Numbered from the stretch's first letter, positions 49,027-58,811 are shown. The stretch: 64,000 nt of DNA from an uncultured Planctomycetia bacterium (GCA_964632945.1 CAZWCX010000028.1:711-64710), one strand, 5' to 3'. A program made the numbers and translations. The notes: generated by a model from the letters alone, not told the origin.

Positions 49027-50640
49027 TCAGAGGCGAATCGGTTCCCGGTACTCCCCGAGGACCTGTTTCATCACCGCCACGATCTCGCCGAGCGAGGCAT
49101 AGGCCCGCACGGCGCGGATCATCGCGGGCATCACGTTGGCCGTTCCCGCGCAGGCCTCGCGCACGCCCGCGAGCGCCGACTCCACCGCGCCGGCATCCCG
49201 CCCCGAGCGCACTTCCGCCAGGCGGCGGCACTGTTCGTCCATCGCCTCCGGCCGGTACGGATGAAGCTCGACCGCCGCCGACCCGCACGACTCCAGGCGA
49301 TGCCGGTTGACGCCGACTTTGACGGTCTCGCCGGTCTGGATCCGACGTTCGAGTTCGTAGGCCTGCCGCGCCACGGCCTGCTGCACGAGTCCCTCGCGCA
49401 CGGCGCGGACGATCCCGCCCCATTCGCGGTCCACGCGCACGATCTCCGCGGCGATGCGACGCTCCATCTCCGTGGTGAGACTTTCCACGTAGTAGGAGCC
49501 GGCGAGCGGATCGACCGTGTCGCACAGTCCCGCCTCCTCGGCGAGGATCTGCATGGTCCGCAGCGAGATCAGGGAGGCCCGCTCGCTCGGAATGGTGTAG
49601 GCCTCGTCGTAGCAGCAGAGCGCCATGGTCTGGGTGCCGGAGAGGGCGGAGATCAGGGCGTAGAGGGTCCCGCGGACGATGTTGTTTTCCGGTTCCTCGA
49701 TGGTGAGACCGCCGCCGCCGCCGCCCGCGATCATCTTCATTTTCATGGTGTCGTCCCGCCGGGCGCCGAACTCGTCCTTCATCAGGCGAGCCCACAAGCG
49801 GCGGGCCGCGCGGAACTTGGCGACCTGCTCGAACAGGTTGCCGAAGACATCGAAGTTGAAGGAGATCCGCCCGGCGAACTCGTCGACCGCCAGACCACGG
49901 CGCAGCCCTTCGTGAATGTAGGCGCGGGCGATGGCGAAGGCGTAGGCGATTTCCTGCACCGGGTCGGCGCCCGATTCGCGGATGTGGTAGCCGCAGACGC
50001 TGGTGGGATAGTAGAGGGGCATCTCGCGGCTGCAGAATTCGAGGGTGTCGCCGATCAGGCGGATCGAGGGATCGACCGGAAAGATCCACGCTCCCCGGCC
50101 GATGAACTCCTTGAGGATGTCGTTCTGGGTCGTACCGCGCACGCGGGCGCGCGCGAGGCCCTGCTGCTCCGCGACGGCGACGTACATGGCGAGAAGGACG
50201 GGCGTGACCGCGTTGATCGTCAGCGACACACTGACGCGCTCGATCGGGATGCCGGCGAAAGCGACTTCCATGTCCTTGAGGGTGTCGATGGCCATGCCCA
50301 CGCGTCCCACCTCGCCGGCCGAGCGCGGGTGATCGGAGTCCAGCCCCATCTGCGTAGGCAGGTCGAAGGCGACGTTGAGGGCATCCTGGCCGTTTTCGAT
50401 GAGGAAGCGAAAGCGCCCGTTGGTCTCGGCCGGCGTGCCGAAGCCCGCATACTGCCGCATCGTCCACGGACGGGCCCGGTACATGAGCGGGTGGATGCCG
50501 CGCGTGAAGGGAAAGGCCCCGGGCCGGCCGATGTCGAGCGCAGGGTCGATTCCGGCAAGCGATTCGGGGCCGTAGACGGGCGCGACCTCGATCCCGGATT
50601 CGAGAACGACCCGTTTTGCGCCGGATTCTCCGGACGACAT
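49027..50640 (-). CDS. methylmalonyl-CoA mutase family catalytic (substrate-binding) subunit
   Basis: MCM TIM-barrel domain (FTRGIHPLMYRARPWTMRQYAGFGT...). Lacks the B12 domain, which is encoded by the next gene. The start could be at 50703. Confidence 0.8.
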   Translation of the reverse strand: MSSGESGAKRVVLESGIEVAPVYGPESLAGIDPALDIGRPGAFPFTRGIHPLMYRARPWTMRQYAGFGTPAETNGRFRFLIENGQDALNVAFDLPTQMGLDSDHPRSAGEVGRVGMAIDTLKDMEVAFAGIPIERVSVSLTINAVTPVLLAMYVAVAEQQGLARARVRGTTQNDILKEFIGRGAWIFPVDPSIRLIGDTLEFCSREMPLYYPTSVCGYHIRESGADPVQEIAYAFAIARAYIHEGLRRGLAVDEFAGRISFNFDVFGNLFEQVAKFRAARRLWARLMKDEFGARRDDTMKMKMIAGGGGGGLTIEEPENNIVRGTLYALISALSGTQTMALCCYDEAYTIPSERASLISLRTMQILAEEAGLCDTVDPLAGSYYVESLTTEMERRIAAEIVRVDREWGGIVRAVREGLVQQAVARQAYELERRIQTGETVKVGVNRHRLESCGSAAVELHPYRPEAMDEQCRRLAEVRSGRDAGAVESALAGVREACAGTANVMPAMIRAVRAYASLGEIVAVMKQVLGEYREPIRL

Positions 50641-50745
50641 TGGCACCGCCTCCGCCCGTGGACACTGCTTAACCAGGGTACTTATATGGAAGGGAGGCGT
50701 CAAGGAGGATCGGGGGGACGCCGGGGGCGTGCGCGCGCGGCAGGG

Positions 50746-51162
50746 TCACGTTCGCGGACCCAGCCCCCGCACGGTGCGGCAAATCTCATCCAGGTCCGAT
50801 CCGGTGGGGAAGACCGCCGCGGCGCCCAGTTCGAGCAGGCGGGTCCGGTCCACGTGCGGGATGTTCCCGCCGACGACCACGCGGACATTCGCAAGCCCGG
50901 CGGCGCGCAAGCGTTCCACCAGACTGCGGAGAATTTCGAGATGGGCGCCCGAGAGCAGGGATAGCCCCACCACGTCGACGGCTTCCTCGGCCGCCACCTG
51001 GACGATCTCCTCAACCGATTTGTGGAGGCCGGAATAGATCACCTCACATCCGGCGCGCGCCAGGGCGATCGACACGACCTTGGCGCCGCGGTCGTGACCG
51101 TCGAGGCCCGGCTTCGCCACCAGCACGCGGACGGGGGCGGTTGCGGGTTGGGTGGGATTCAT
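50746..51162 (-). CDS. cobalamin (B12)-binding domain protein, mutase small subunit
   Basis: 138 aa with VLVAKPGLDGHDRGAKVVSIAL (DxHxxG B12 motif). Confidence 0.8.
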   Translation of the reverse strand: MNPTQPATAPVRVLVAKPGLDGHDRGAKVVSIALARAGCEVIYSGLHKSVEEIVQVAAEEAVDVVGLSLLSGAHLEILRSLVERLRAAGLANVRVVVGGNIPHVDRTRLLELGAAAVFPTGSDLDEICRTVRGLGPRT

Positions 51163-52370
51163 GCCGCCTCCTGTACGGACACGACCAGCGCGGCCGCGGT
51201 GTCGCCGGCGGCGCATCCGGACAGGGCGCCGATTCCGCCGCCGCGCAAGATCAGCTCCTCGACCAGTTCGGCGGTCAGGCGCATTCCCATCGGCGCCTGC
51301 GGGTGTCCCCAGACCAGGGACGAGCCGAAGCGGTTGACCGTTTCCGGCTTCAGCCCGAGCTCGCGGCAGAAGTGGACATCGCCCACGGCAAAGGGGTTGT
51401 GCAGCTTCCAGGCCGCCACGTCCGCCACCGTCACGCCCGCGTCCGCGAGCGCGGCCCGGACCGCCGGCACGGGGGCGCGCGGCATCGTCCCCTTCTCCGT
51501 GCGCGCCTCGGCGTAGGAGAGCATCCGCACCTCGATTCCCGTGGTGCGGCCGAGTTCCCGGGCGCGTTCGCGGGTCGCGACCACGAATCCGGCATTGCCG
51601 TCCGCCGGGCGCGTCTGCGTACCCGGAGTCACCGTCCCCCCCTCCCGGGCCGGACGCAGTCGCTTGAGACCCTCGGCGGTCGTGGCCGGGATGCCCTCGT
51701 CGCCCGTCACCGTGGCCGAAACGCGGCGCCCGGCGGCATCTTTGACTTCGAGCGGGAGGGTCAGGAATCGTCGCAGGAAGGCTGCATCGCCCGCCAGGGC
51801 GTCCTGGTACTGTGCGTGACGCAAGAGCGTCCGTTCCTCCTGCTCCTCGCGCGACGAACGGATCTCCCGGGCGAGTCGTTCGGCGGTGTCGATCATCGCC
51901 CCCTGCGCCCACGGGTCGAGCATGAAGTTGTCCCACACCCAATCCTCGGCGTCTCCCCTTCCGCCCGGTCCGCCGGGGTTGGGATAGTAGAGATGCGGAC
52001 CGTTGCTCGTGCGGTCCAGCGTCACCGCGAGGACGCTTCGTCGCCCGCCCGTCTCCACTTCCATGGCCGCGGCGGCCAGGACCCGCGCGGAAGTCGCGCA
52101 CGCCTGGCTGATCGTCGGACCGGTGAGCGCGGGCGCGCCCAGGTGCGCGGCCAGCCACGGTCCCGCGTAGAAGGCGTGCGGCTGCGGGACGGTCATGCCG
52201 ACCACGAGCGCGTCCAGCCCGGACGGATCGATCCGCCGCTCGGCGAGCGCCTTCTTCGCCACGTCCGCCGCGAACGGTACCGCATTGAGGTGGGCATAGC
52301 TGCCCTGCCAGCGGCAGAACGGGGTGGACCACCAGCCGCCCGGGGGCAGGTAGGCCGCGGTGAACTTCAT
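51159..52370 (-). CDS. thiolase-family protein
   Basis: Internal Met MKFTAAYLPP. Active-site-like SQACATS and a C-terminal thiolase fold. Confidence 0.65.
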   Translation of the reverse strand: MKFTAAYLPPGGWWSTPFCRWQGSYAHLNAVPFAADVAKKALAERRIDPSGLDALVVGMTVPQPHAFYAGPWLAAHLGAPALTGPTISQACATSARVLAAAAMEVETGGRRSVLAVTLDRTSNGPHLYYPNPGGPGGRGDAEDWVWDNFMLDPWAQGAMIDTAERLAREIRSSREEQEERTLLRHAQYQDALAGDAAFLRRFLTLPLEVKDAAGRRVSATVTGDEGIPATTAEGLKRLRPAREGGTVTPGTQTRPADGNAGFVVATRERARELGRTTGIEVRMLSYAEARTEKGTMPRAPVPAVRAALADAGVTVADVAAWKLHNPFAVGDVHFCRELGLKPETVNRFGSSLVWGHPQAPMGMRLTAELVEELILRGGGIGALSGCAAGDTAAALVVSVQEAA

Positions 52371-52384
52371 GGGCGCTTCTCCGG

Positions 52385-53530
52385 TCAGCGGGTCAGGGTT
52401 TGCGCGATCACGTCGCGCAGGATCTCCGCGGTGCCGCCCCCGTACAGCAGGAAGCGGGCGTCGCGGAAAAACCGCTGCGCCTCGTATTCCATGGCGAAGC
52501 CATACGCGCCGAAGACGCGCGTCGTCTCGTCGGCCAGGGTGTTTGCCATCTCGGCGGCGAACAGCTTGGCCATCGCCGCCAGTCCGGTGTCGGGCGTCCC
52601 GGCATCGATGCCCCGCGCGGCCCGGTAGACGAGGGAGCGCGCCGCCTCCAGCCGGGTCGCCATTTCCGCGAGCTTGTGCCGGATCGCCTGGAATTCGCCG
52701 ATCGGCCGGCCGAAGGCGGCGCGCTTTGCCGCGTAGGCGACGGCGGCATCCAGGGCCGCGCGCCCGACGCCGAGCGACAGCGCCCCGGTCATCACGCGAA
52801 TCTCGTTGAGGATCCCCTTCAGGAGCCGCCCCCCTTGGCCGCGCCGGCCGCCGAGCAGGTGGTCCGCGGGGAGTCGCACGTCCTCCAGAAACAGCTCCGC
52901 CGTTTCGGAGGCACGGGCGCCGAGCTTCGGGATCTTCGCGCCCACCGTCACCCCGGGCGTGTCCGCCGGGACCAGGAACAGGTCGATGCCCGCAAACCCG
53001 GCATCCGGTTCTGTCTTGGCCGCGACGGTGAAGAAATCCGCCGCCGTGGCGTTCGTGATCCACGTCTTTTGGCCGTTCAGGACCCACCCGCCCCCCTCGA
53101 CCGGCAGGGCGCGCGTGCGGATCGCCCCGAGGTCGGATCCCGCCGCCGGTTCGGTCATGGCGATCACCCCGACTCTTTCGCCGCGCAGGGCGGGGCGGAA
53201 GTGCGCGTCCTTCTGCGCCGGGGTGCCGAAGCGGAAGAGGAAGTCCGTGCCCATGAGGCCCTGCATCGCCACGGTCGCCGCCAACCCCAGAGATCCGCGC
53301 GCCAGCTCCTCACACATCAGGTTGAAGATCATCGAGGTGCCGCCGCCTCCCCCCTCGGCCTCGGGGTAACGAAGGCCGAACCAGCCGAACCCCGCCACGC
53401 GCTCGAACAGCGGGCGCGGAAACGCGTCGGCCTCGTCCAGCGCGCGTGCCGCCGGCACCACCTCCCGGTCCACGAAATCCGCCACCGTGCGGCGGAACAT
53501 CGTCTCCTCCTCACCGAGCAGATCGATCAT
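52385..53530 (-). CDS. acyl-CoA dehydrogenase
   Basis: 381 aa with ACAD N-terminal, middle and C-terminal domains (MTEPAAGSDL, GQKTWITN). Confidence 0.85.
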   Translation of the reverse strand: MIDLLGEEETMFRRTVADFVDREVVPAARALDEADAFPRPLFERVAGFGWFGLRYPEAEGGGGGTSMIFNLMCEELARGSLGLAATVAMQGLMGTDFLFRFGTPAQKDAHFRPALRGERVGVIAMTEPAAGSDLGAIRTRALPVEGGGWVLNGQKTWITNATAADFFTVAAKTEPDAGFAGIDLFLVPADTPGVTVGAKIPKLGARASETAELFLEDVRLPADHLLGGRRGQGGRLLKGILNEIRVMTGALSLGVGRAALDAAVAYAAKRAAFGRPIGEFQAIRHKLAEMATRLEAARSLVYRAARGIDAGTPDTGLAAMAKLFAAEMANTLADETTRVFGAYGFAMEYEAQRFFRDARFLLYGGGTAEILRDVIAQTLTR

Positions 53531-53545
53531 CCGGGTGCCCTCCGC

Positions 53546-54730
53546 CTACCGAGCCGTCCCGTGCGCCCGCAAGGACTCGATCTCCGCGGCGGTTTTCCCG
53601 ATCTCGCCCAGAACGCTGCCGGTGTGTTCACCCATGCGCGGGGGGAACGACATCCGCAGTCCGGCGCGCGCGAGCCACTCGGAGATCAGCGGCGGCGGGG
53701 GCAGGGCGAGCTCGCGCCCGGTCCGGGGATCGCGGGCGCGCACCCGATCGGACACGCAGGGGTCCTGCAGGACCTCCTCCAGCGTGGCCACCCGGGCCGC
53801 CGGGACGCCGACCTCGCGGAACACCGCGAGCCACTCGCCGACCGTACGCGCCTGCAGGACCCGGGCCAGCTGCCCGTGGAGGCGGTCCCCGGCCGCCATC
53901 CGTCCGGCATTGCCCCGGTACTCCGCGCACGCCAGCGGGGCGAAGTCCCCGTGTCCGGTGAGCTTCTCCCATTGCCGGTCGCTGCCGACGGCAAGATAGA
54001 GGTAGCCGTCGCGCGCAGGATAGACCGAGACCGGACCGAAAAACGGGTGGGTCGAACCGCGCCGGCGCGTCATCGTCCCGAAACTCGCGGCCATTCCGAT
54101 CGGCAGGATCATCCACGCGAAGGCGCTGCGCGCCATGGCCAGGTCGATCCGGCTTCCCCGTCCGGTCCTCTCCCGCAGGTAGAGCGCCTTCAGGATCGCC
54201 CCGTAGGCATGCTCGCTCGTGCCCAGGTCGACCATGGGGAGACCGAATACCTCGGGCGGTCCGTTGGCCTCGCCGGTCAAATCCATCCAGCCCAGGCGAG
54301 CCTGCAGGATCGGGTCGTAGGCGGCCTCGTTGCTTTCGGGGCCAAACCCGGTGATGCTCAGCCAGATGACCTCCGGACGAAGCGCGCGCAAGGTCTCATA
54401 GTCGATGCCGAGCCGGGGGAAGTTGCGCGGGAGCGTGTTGGCGGCGAACACGTCGACCGGCAGTCGCCGCACCAGTTCGTGCAGGAGCGCGCGCCCATCC
54501 TCCGTTCCGAGGTCGAGCGTCACCGATTCCTTGCCCGCGTTGTAGGGCAGGAAGTAGGCGTTCATCCCCGGTTCGCCCAGGAGGTTTTCCCCGACCGAAC
54601 GGTTCGGATCGGGCGCGGCGGGATTCTCCAGCCGGATGACGCGCATCCCTTCGGCGGCCAGTCGGAAGGTGAGAAAGGGAAGCGTGAGCGCCTGCTCCAT
54701 GCTCAGAACGGTGAGGCCTTCGAGACTCAT
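53546..54730 (-). CDS. family III CoA-transferase (CaiB/BaiF)
   Basis: Internal Met MSLEGLTVLSMEQALTLPFLTFRLAAEGMRVIRLE. Confidence 0.8.
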   Translation of the reverse strand: MSLEGLTVLSMEQALTLPFLTFRLAAEGMRVIRLENPAAPDPNRSVGENLLGEPGMNAYFLPYNAGKESVTLDLGTEDGRALLHELVRRLPVDVFAANTLPRNFPRLGIDYETLRALRPEVIWLSITGFGPESNEAAYDPILQARLGWMDLTGEANGPPEVFGLPMVDLGTSEHAYGAILKALYLRERTGRGSRIDLAMARSAFAWMILPIGMAASFGTMTRRRGSTHPFFGPVSVYPARDGYLYLAVGSDRQWEKLTGHGDFAPLACAEYRGNAGRMAAGDRLHGQLARVLQARTVGEWLAVFREVGVPAARVATLEEVLQDPCVSDRVRARDPRTGRELALPPPPLISEWLARAGLRMSFPPRMGEHTGSVLGEIGKTAAEIESLRAHGTAR

Positions 54731-55860
54731 CGGGCGCTCCGGGCGCGCAGGGGGGGAAGGACCTCGTCGAGCGCGGCGAGGAAGCGCGTGTTGTGGGCGC
54801 GCGTCCCGACCGTGACGCGGACGCCGTCGGGAACGTAGAAGAAACTCGTCGGACGGATCACGATGCCGCGGGCGAGCAGTTCCTGATACAGAAGGTCGGG
54901 GGGGCAGCCCGGCCGAAAGAAGACGAAGTTGGCCTGACTGGGCAGCGGGGCCAGGCCGCGATGGTCGAGTTCGCAGACCATCCGGCGACGTTCCGCCCTC
55001 ACGATCCGGCGGACGCGGTCGAGGTAGCGCTCGTCGTCGAGCGCGGCCAGGGCGCCGGCGAGGGCCGGCGCGCTGACGTGGAACGGATTGCGGCCGCGTT
55101 CGAGATAGCGCGCGAGGTCCTCCGGGGCGAGCGCATAGCCCACGCGCAGGCCGGCCAAGCCATACGACTTCGAGAAGCTGCGCACGGAGAGGACGGTCCG
55201 TCCGGCGCGGACGTACGGGAGGGACTCGGCCGCCTCCGTATCGTCCACGAAGTCGCGGTAGCTTTCGTCGAACACCGTCACCACCCGTTGCGGCAGGCCC
55301 CGGAGCAAGCGGTCGGCGCCGTCGCGGGTGAGCAGGGTCCCGGTCGGATTGACGGGCGAGCACAGAAAGAGGACGCGCGTGGCGGGACCGACGGCGCGCA
55401 GGATGGCGTCGACATCGTAGGCACCGCCGGGCATTCGCAGCGGACAGGCCACGGCGGTGGCGCCTCGTCGTCGGGTGAAGATCTCGTAAAGCGGGAAGGT
55501 GGGCGGGCAGAAGATCGCCTCGTCACCCGGCGCGAGAAACCCCTGGGCGATGAGCGAGAGGACTTCGGTGCCGCCGTTGGCGACGGCGACGTTCTCCGGA
55601 CCGATGCCGCCGCCGACCTGGCGGGCGATGCGGGCGCGCAAGGCGTCGTCCCCCGCGACCGGGTACCGGTGCAGGGTTCGCAGGCAGGCGCGGACGGCGG
55701 CGACCGCGCGGGGGGAGGGGCCCAGCGGGCTCTCGTTGGAGGCGAGCTTGACGATGTCCTGCAGGCCGGACTTGCGCACGGCCTCTTCCACCGACGTGCC
55801 CGCGGCGTAGACGGGTGCGGCGGCCAGGGCGGAGTTGAGGACGGGTCTCTCGGCGAACAT
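54727..55860 (-). CDS. PLP-dependent aminotransferase class I/II (HisC-like)
   Basis: 377 aa with LASNESPLGPSP and SFSKSYGLAGLRVGY (Lys-PLP region). Confidence 0.8.
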   Translation of the reverse strand: MFAERPVLNSALAAAPVYAAGTSVEEAVRKSGLQDIVKLASNESPLGPSPRAVAAVRACLRTLHRYPVAGDDALRARIARQVGGGIGPENVAVANGGTEVLSLIAQGFLAPGDEAIFCPPTFPLYEIFTRRRGATAVACPLRMPGGAYDVDAILRAVGPATRVLFLCSPVNPTGTLLTRDGADRLLRGLPQRVVTVFDESYRDFVDDTEAAESLPYVRAGRTVLSVRSFSKSYGLAGLRVGYALAPEDLARYLERGRNPFHVSAPALAGALAALDDERYLDRVRRIVRAERRRMVCELDHRGLAPLPSQANFVFFRPGCPPDLLYQELLARGIVIRPTSFFYVPDGVRVTVGTRAHNTRFLAALDEVLPPLRARSAR

Positions 55861-55957
55861 CGTATAACCACGTTAACCAGCGCGGGAGCCGGGGGTCAAG
55901 CGGAAAGCGGACCCGGGCGGGCCGGAAACCGGGGCGGGGGGGCGGCGGGGCGGCGGT

Positions 55958-56812
55958 CTAGCACTGCACCCAGTCGGGGGTGACGAGTTCGGGGACGATG
56001 CCGGCCCGGTGGCCGTGTTCGAGGAAGCGGCGCACGGCCTCGCGCCCGTCCGGGCCGCAGTCGAGGGTGCGGCGGTTGACATACATGCCCACGAACCGGT
56101 CGACCGCGGCGCGGTCGAGCCCGCGGCCGTAGGATTGCGCGTGGTCGAGGGCCTCTTCGCGGTGATCGAGGGCGTAGGCGATGCCGGCCTTGAGGAGACG
56201 GCCGATCTCGCGGGCGGCCTCGGGTCCGAGGTCGCGGCGGATGGCGTTGCCCCCGAGCGGCAGGGGGAGCCCGGCCGTGTCGGCGCGCCACCAGCACCCC
56301 AGGTCGACGACCCGCTCCAACCCCTCCCGGGCGTACGTGAGTTGGCCTTCATGGATGACGAGGCCCGTCTCGGCCTTGCCGGCGAGGACGTGCTCGAGGA
56401 TGGCGTCGAAAGGAACGACTTCGGTGCGCACGTCCGGTTGGTAGAGGCGGAGGGCGAGGTGGGCGGAAGTGAGCGGACCGGGGATGGCGACCGTGCGGCC
56501 GCGCAGGGCCGCGCGCGGGTCGGCGCCGGACGGGATCGTACCCGGACGCGCGACCACGATCGGACCGTAGTCCTCGCCCATGCTCGAGCCGGTGGTGAGG
56601 AGCGCGTACCGGCGGTGAACGTGGGCGTAGGCGTGATAGGAGACGGCCGTGACCTCGTACACGCCCTCGTGCGCCTTGCGGTTCAGGGTCTCGATGTCCG
56701 AGAGGACGTTCTCGAAGCGATAGCGGCCGGTGTCGATGCGGCCGTTCACGAGCGCGTGGAACATGAAAGCATCGTCGGAGTCGGGGCTGTGCGCGACGCG
56801 GATCCGGTCCAT
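55958..56812 (-). CDS. MqnA/MqnD-family protein (futalosine-pathway menaquinone biosynthesis type)
   Basis: 284 aa with the N-terminal VAHSPDSDDAFMFHAL. Confidence 0.6.
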   Translation of the reverse strand: MDRIRVAHSPDSDDAFMFHALVNGRIDTGRYRFENVLSDIETLNRKAHEGVYEVTAVSYHAYAHVHRRYALLTTGSSMGEDYGPIVVARPGTIPSGADPRAALRGRTVAIPGPLTSAHLALRLYQPDVRTEVVPFDAILEHVLAGKAETGLVIHEGQLTYAREGLERVVDLGCWWRADTAGLPLPLGGNAIRRDLGPEAAREIGRLLKAGIAYALDHREEALDHAQSYGRGLDRAAVDRFVGMYVNRRTLDCGPDGREAVRRFLEHGHRAGIVPELVTPDWVQC

Positions 56813-56822
56813 GAGAGTCCTT

Positions 56823-57224
56823 TCAGGCTCCGGCGACGAACGGCGAGGCGTGGTGCACGAGCATGCGCCAGGCGCCGTCCTCGCGGCGGAACAGGTTGGT
56901 GGCGTGGACGGTGGCGTAGTTGGGGGCGTCGCCGGGGACGGTGACGATGTTTTCGACGCAGTTGACCCAACCGGCGTCTCCGGCCGTGCCGGAGGTCACG
57001 TCGGTGATGATGAACTGGATGAAGCCGGTGTGCCGGAAGATCTCCTCCCACGAGGCGCGGATGCGGGTCCAGCCGCGCAACATGCGCCAGCCGGGATGGA
57101 TGCAGGCGACCGCCTCGGACCTGGACCAGACCTCGTCCATGGACTCGAGCTTGAGGGACTCGAACGCGCGGTAGAACCGTTCGTTGGCTTCGCGCAGCTC
57201 GCGTTCGGGTTCGCTCGGGGTCAT
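56823..57224 (-). CDS. NTF2-like/SnoaL-like small protein
   Basis: 133 aa from an internal Met. The start overlaps the upstream stop in ATGA. Confidence 0.55.
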   Translation of the reverse strand: MTPSEPERELREANERFYRAFESLKLESMDEVWSRSEAVACIHPGWRMLRGWTRIRASWEEIFRHTGFIQFIITDVTSGTAGDAGWVNCVENIVTVPGDAPNYATVHATNLFRREDGAWRMLVHHASPFVAGA

Positions 57225-57790
57225 GAGGACGCGCCTTGCCGGGCGGGCATGTCGTCCTCGAGGGGGACGCCGAGGGCCTCGACCAGGCGATTGATGTAGT
57301 TGAAGTAACCGATCACCTGGACGGCGTCGAGGACGGCGCGGTCGTCGAGACCGGCGGCGCGGAGGGCGTCGACGTCGGCCCGGCTCATGCTCGCGGGGGC
57401 GAGGGTGAGGCGTTCCGCGAAGCCGCAGAGCGCCTGCTGCCGCGGATCGAGGGGGGCGGTGCGCCAGTCCTGCTTCACCGCGTTCGCCAGGGCGTCGTCG
57501 TGACACTCCGACCGGAGGTCCTCGCCGTGGGCGTGGGTTCAGTAATGACAGTGGTTCGCGCGCGAGACGACCGTGGCGAGCAGTTCCCGGTCGGCGCGAG
57601 AGAGGGGGCTGTCGCCGAACATGGCGTCGCGGTAGAAGCCCATGCTGCCGCGCAGGGTGTCCGGGTTGAGGCTCATGGCGCGCACCACGTGGAAGACCTT
57701 GCCGGCGCGCTTGAGGGCGGCGTCGTACATCGTCTTCAGGGTGCCGGCGGCCTGTTCGGGGGCGACGGTGCGGATGTGGAAGTCGGGCAT
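57221..57790 (-). CDS. AhpD/carboxymuconolactone-decarboxylase-family protein with in-frame TGA (candidate selenocysteine) at 57539-57541
   Basis: ORFs 57539..59032 (last 83 aa) and 57221..57478 are in the same frame. Read-through gives ...ANHCHY-U-THAHGEDL..., i.e. C-x-x-[TGA]-x-x-x-H aligned to the AhpD CxxCxxxH active site. Confidence 0.55.
57490..57538 (-). promoter_or_regulatory. candidate bacterial SECIS hairpin downstream of the in-frame UGA
   Basis: mRNA ...GAC-CUCC-GGUC-GGAG-U-GUC... forms a stem with a GGUC apical loop and a bulged U, about 25 nt after the UGA. Confidence 0.3.
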
Positions 57791-57866
57791 GGGCAGGTCT
57801 CCTGAATGGGCAGGATGATACCCCCGGAGAGGCGGGAAGGGAAGGAACCGCAGGGGGGCGGGGGGC

Positions 57867-58811
57867 TCAGCGGGGCGGGCGATCGCGGTGCGCGGCGTGA
57901 CAGGAGGTGCAGGAGGCGGCGGCGGAGCGGAAGGCGAGATCCGCGTTTCCGGCGTTGCCTGCGCGGAGCGCGGTCTCCAGGGCGGCGGCATGGTCGCGAA
58001 GGGCGTGGAGTCCCCGGCGGTACGATTCCGGGCGCGATTCGATCCCGGTGGCGCGGGCGAGTTCGGCGGCGACCTCGGCGACGTGGAGGGCCTCGAGCGC
58101 GGGCACGACGTCCGGATGATCCGGGGGCGGGGCCCAGCCGGCGCGGCGCGCGGCCTCGAGTCGCTCCCAGGCCAGGTCGAGGACGACCATGGCTTCGGCC
58201 AGGGGGGGGACGGGCGCAACCGCGGGGAAGGTGACGTCGGCGGTCCGCCACTCCGCCGGGTCGGGCGGGCGGCAGGTCGCGACGGAGCGATAGAGACCGG
58301 CGTATTTCTCCGCGGTGCCGGCCCGGCGCAGGAAGTCGAGGGCGCGGTCGCCGGTCCAGGCGCCGCTGCCGACGAGGGCATAGGCGGCGGCGGCGGGCCC
58401 GCGGTGACGGCCGTGGTGACAGTGGAGGAAGACCGGGCCGGGCAGGTCTCGCAGGGCGCGAAGGAGCGAGAGTCCGCGATCGCGCGGGATTTCGTCGTAC
58501 CCGATCGGCAGGTGGACGTAGCGGATCCCGTGGCGCGCCGCGGTATCGACGTCCGGCCGCATCGCGTCGACGCTGACGATCGTGCGCACGCCGCGCGCGG
58601 CCAGGGCGCGAAAGTCGTTGTCGCCCCGGGGCGAGCCCCCGCTGAGGAGGCGATCGGAAACCTCGAAGACGTTTTCGATCCGGCCGATCGCGACGGGACC
58701 GGGGGGGGCGGCCGGCGCCGATCGGCAGCCGCCGGAGCACGCGAGGACGGCGCCGGCGCCGAAGAGGACCGCGAGCGCCGCGGTGGCGCGCACGCGGCGT
58801 GTGGGGGGCAT
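57867..58811 (-). CDS. lipoprotein with CX5R phosphatase-like domain and C-terminal CxxCH heme motif
   Basis: Signal/lipobox ...LACSGGC, HCHHGRHRG (Cys-X5-Arg), and C-terminal CTSCH. Confidence 0.5.
   Translation of the reverse strand: MPPTRRVRATAALAVLFGAGAVLACSGGCRSAPAAPPGPVAIGRIENVFEVSDRLLSGGSPRGDNDFRALAARGVRTIVSVDAMRPDVDTAARHGIRYVHLPIGYDEIPRDRGLSLLRALRDLPGPVFLHCHHGRHRGPAAAAYALVGSGAWTGDRALDFLRRAGTAEKYAGLYRSVATCRPPDPAEWRTADVTFPAVAPVPPLAEAMVVLDLAWERLEAARRAGWAPPPDHPDVVPALEALHVAEVAAELARATGIESRPESYRRGLHALRDHAAALETALRAGNAGNADLAFRSAAASCTSCHAAHRDRPPR

Noticed and set aside
46853-50665. 1270-aa minus-strand ORF presented as one protein
   Set aside because: Contains a complete hydantoinase A starting at MRLGIDVGG (48907). 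The upstream 580 aa is an alternative frame of the mutase gene.
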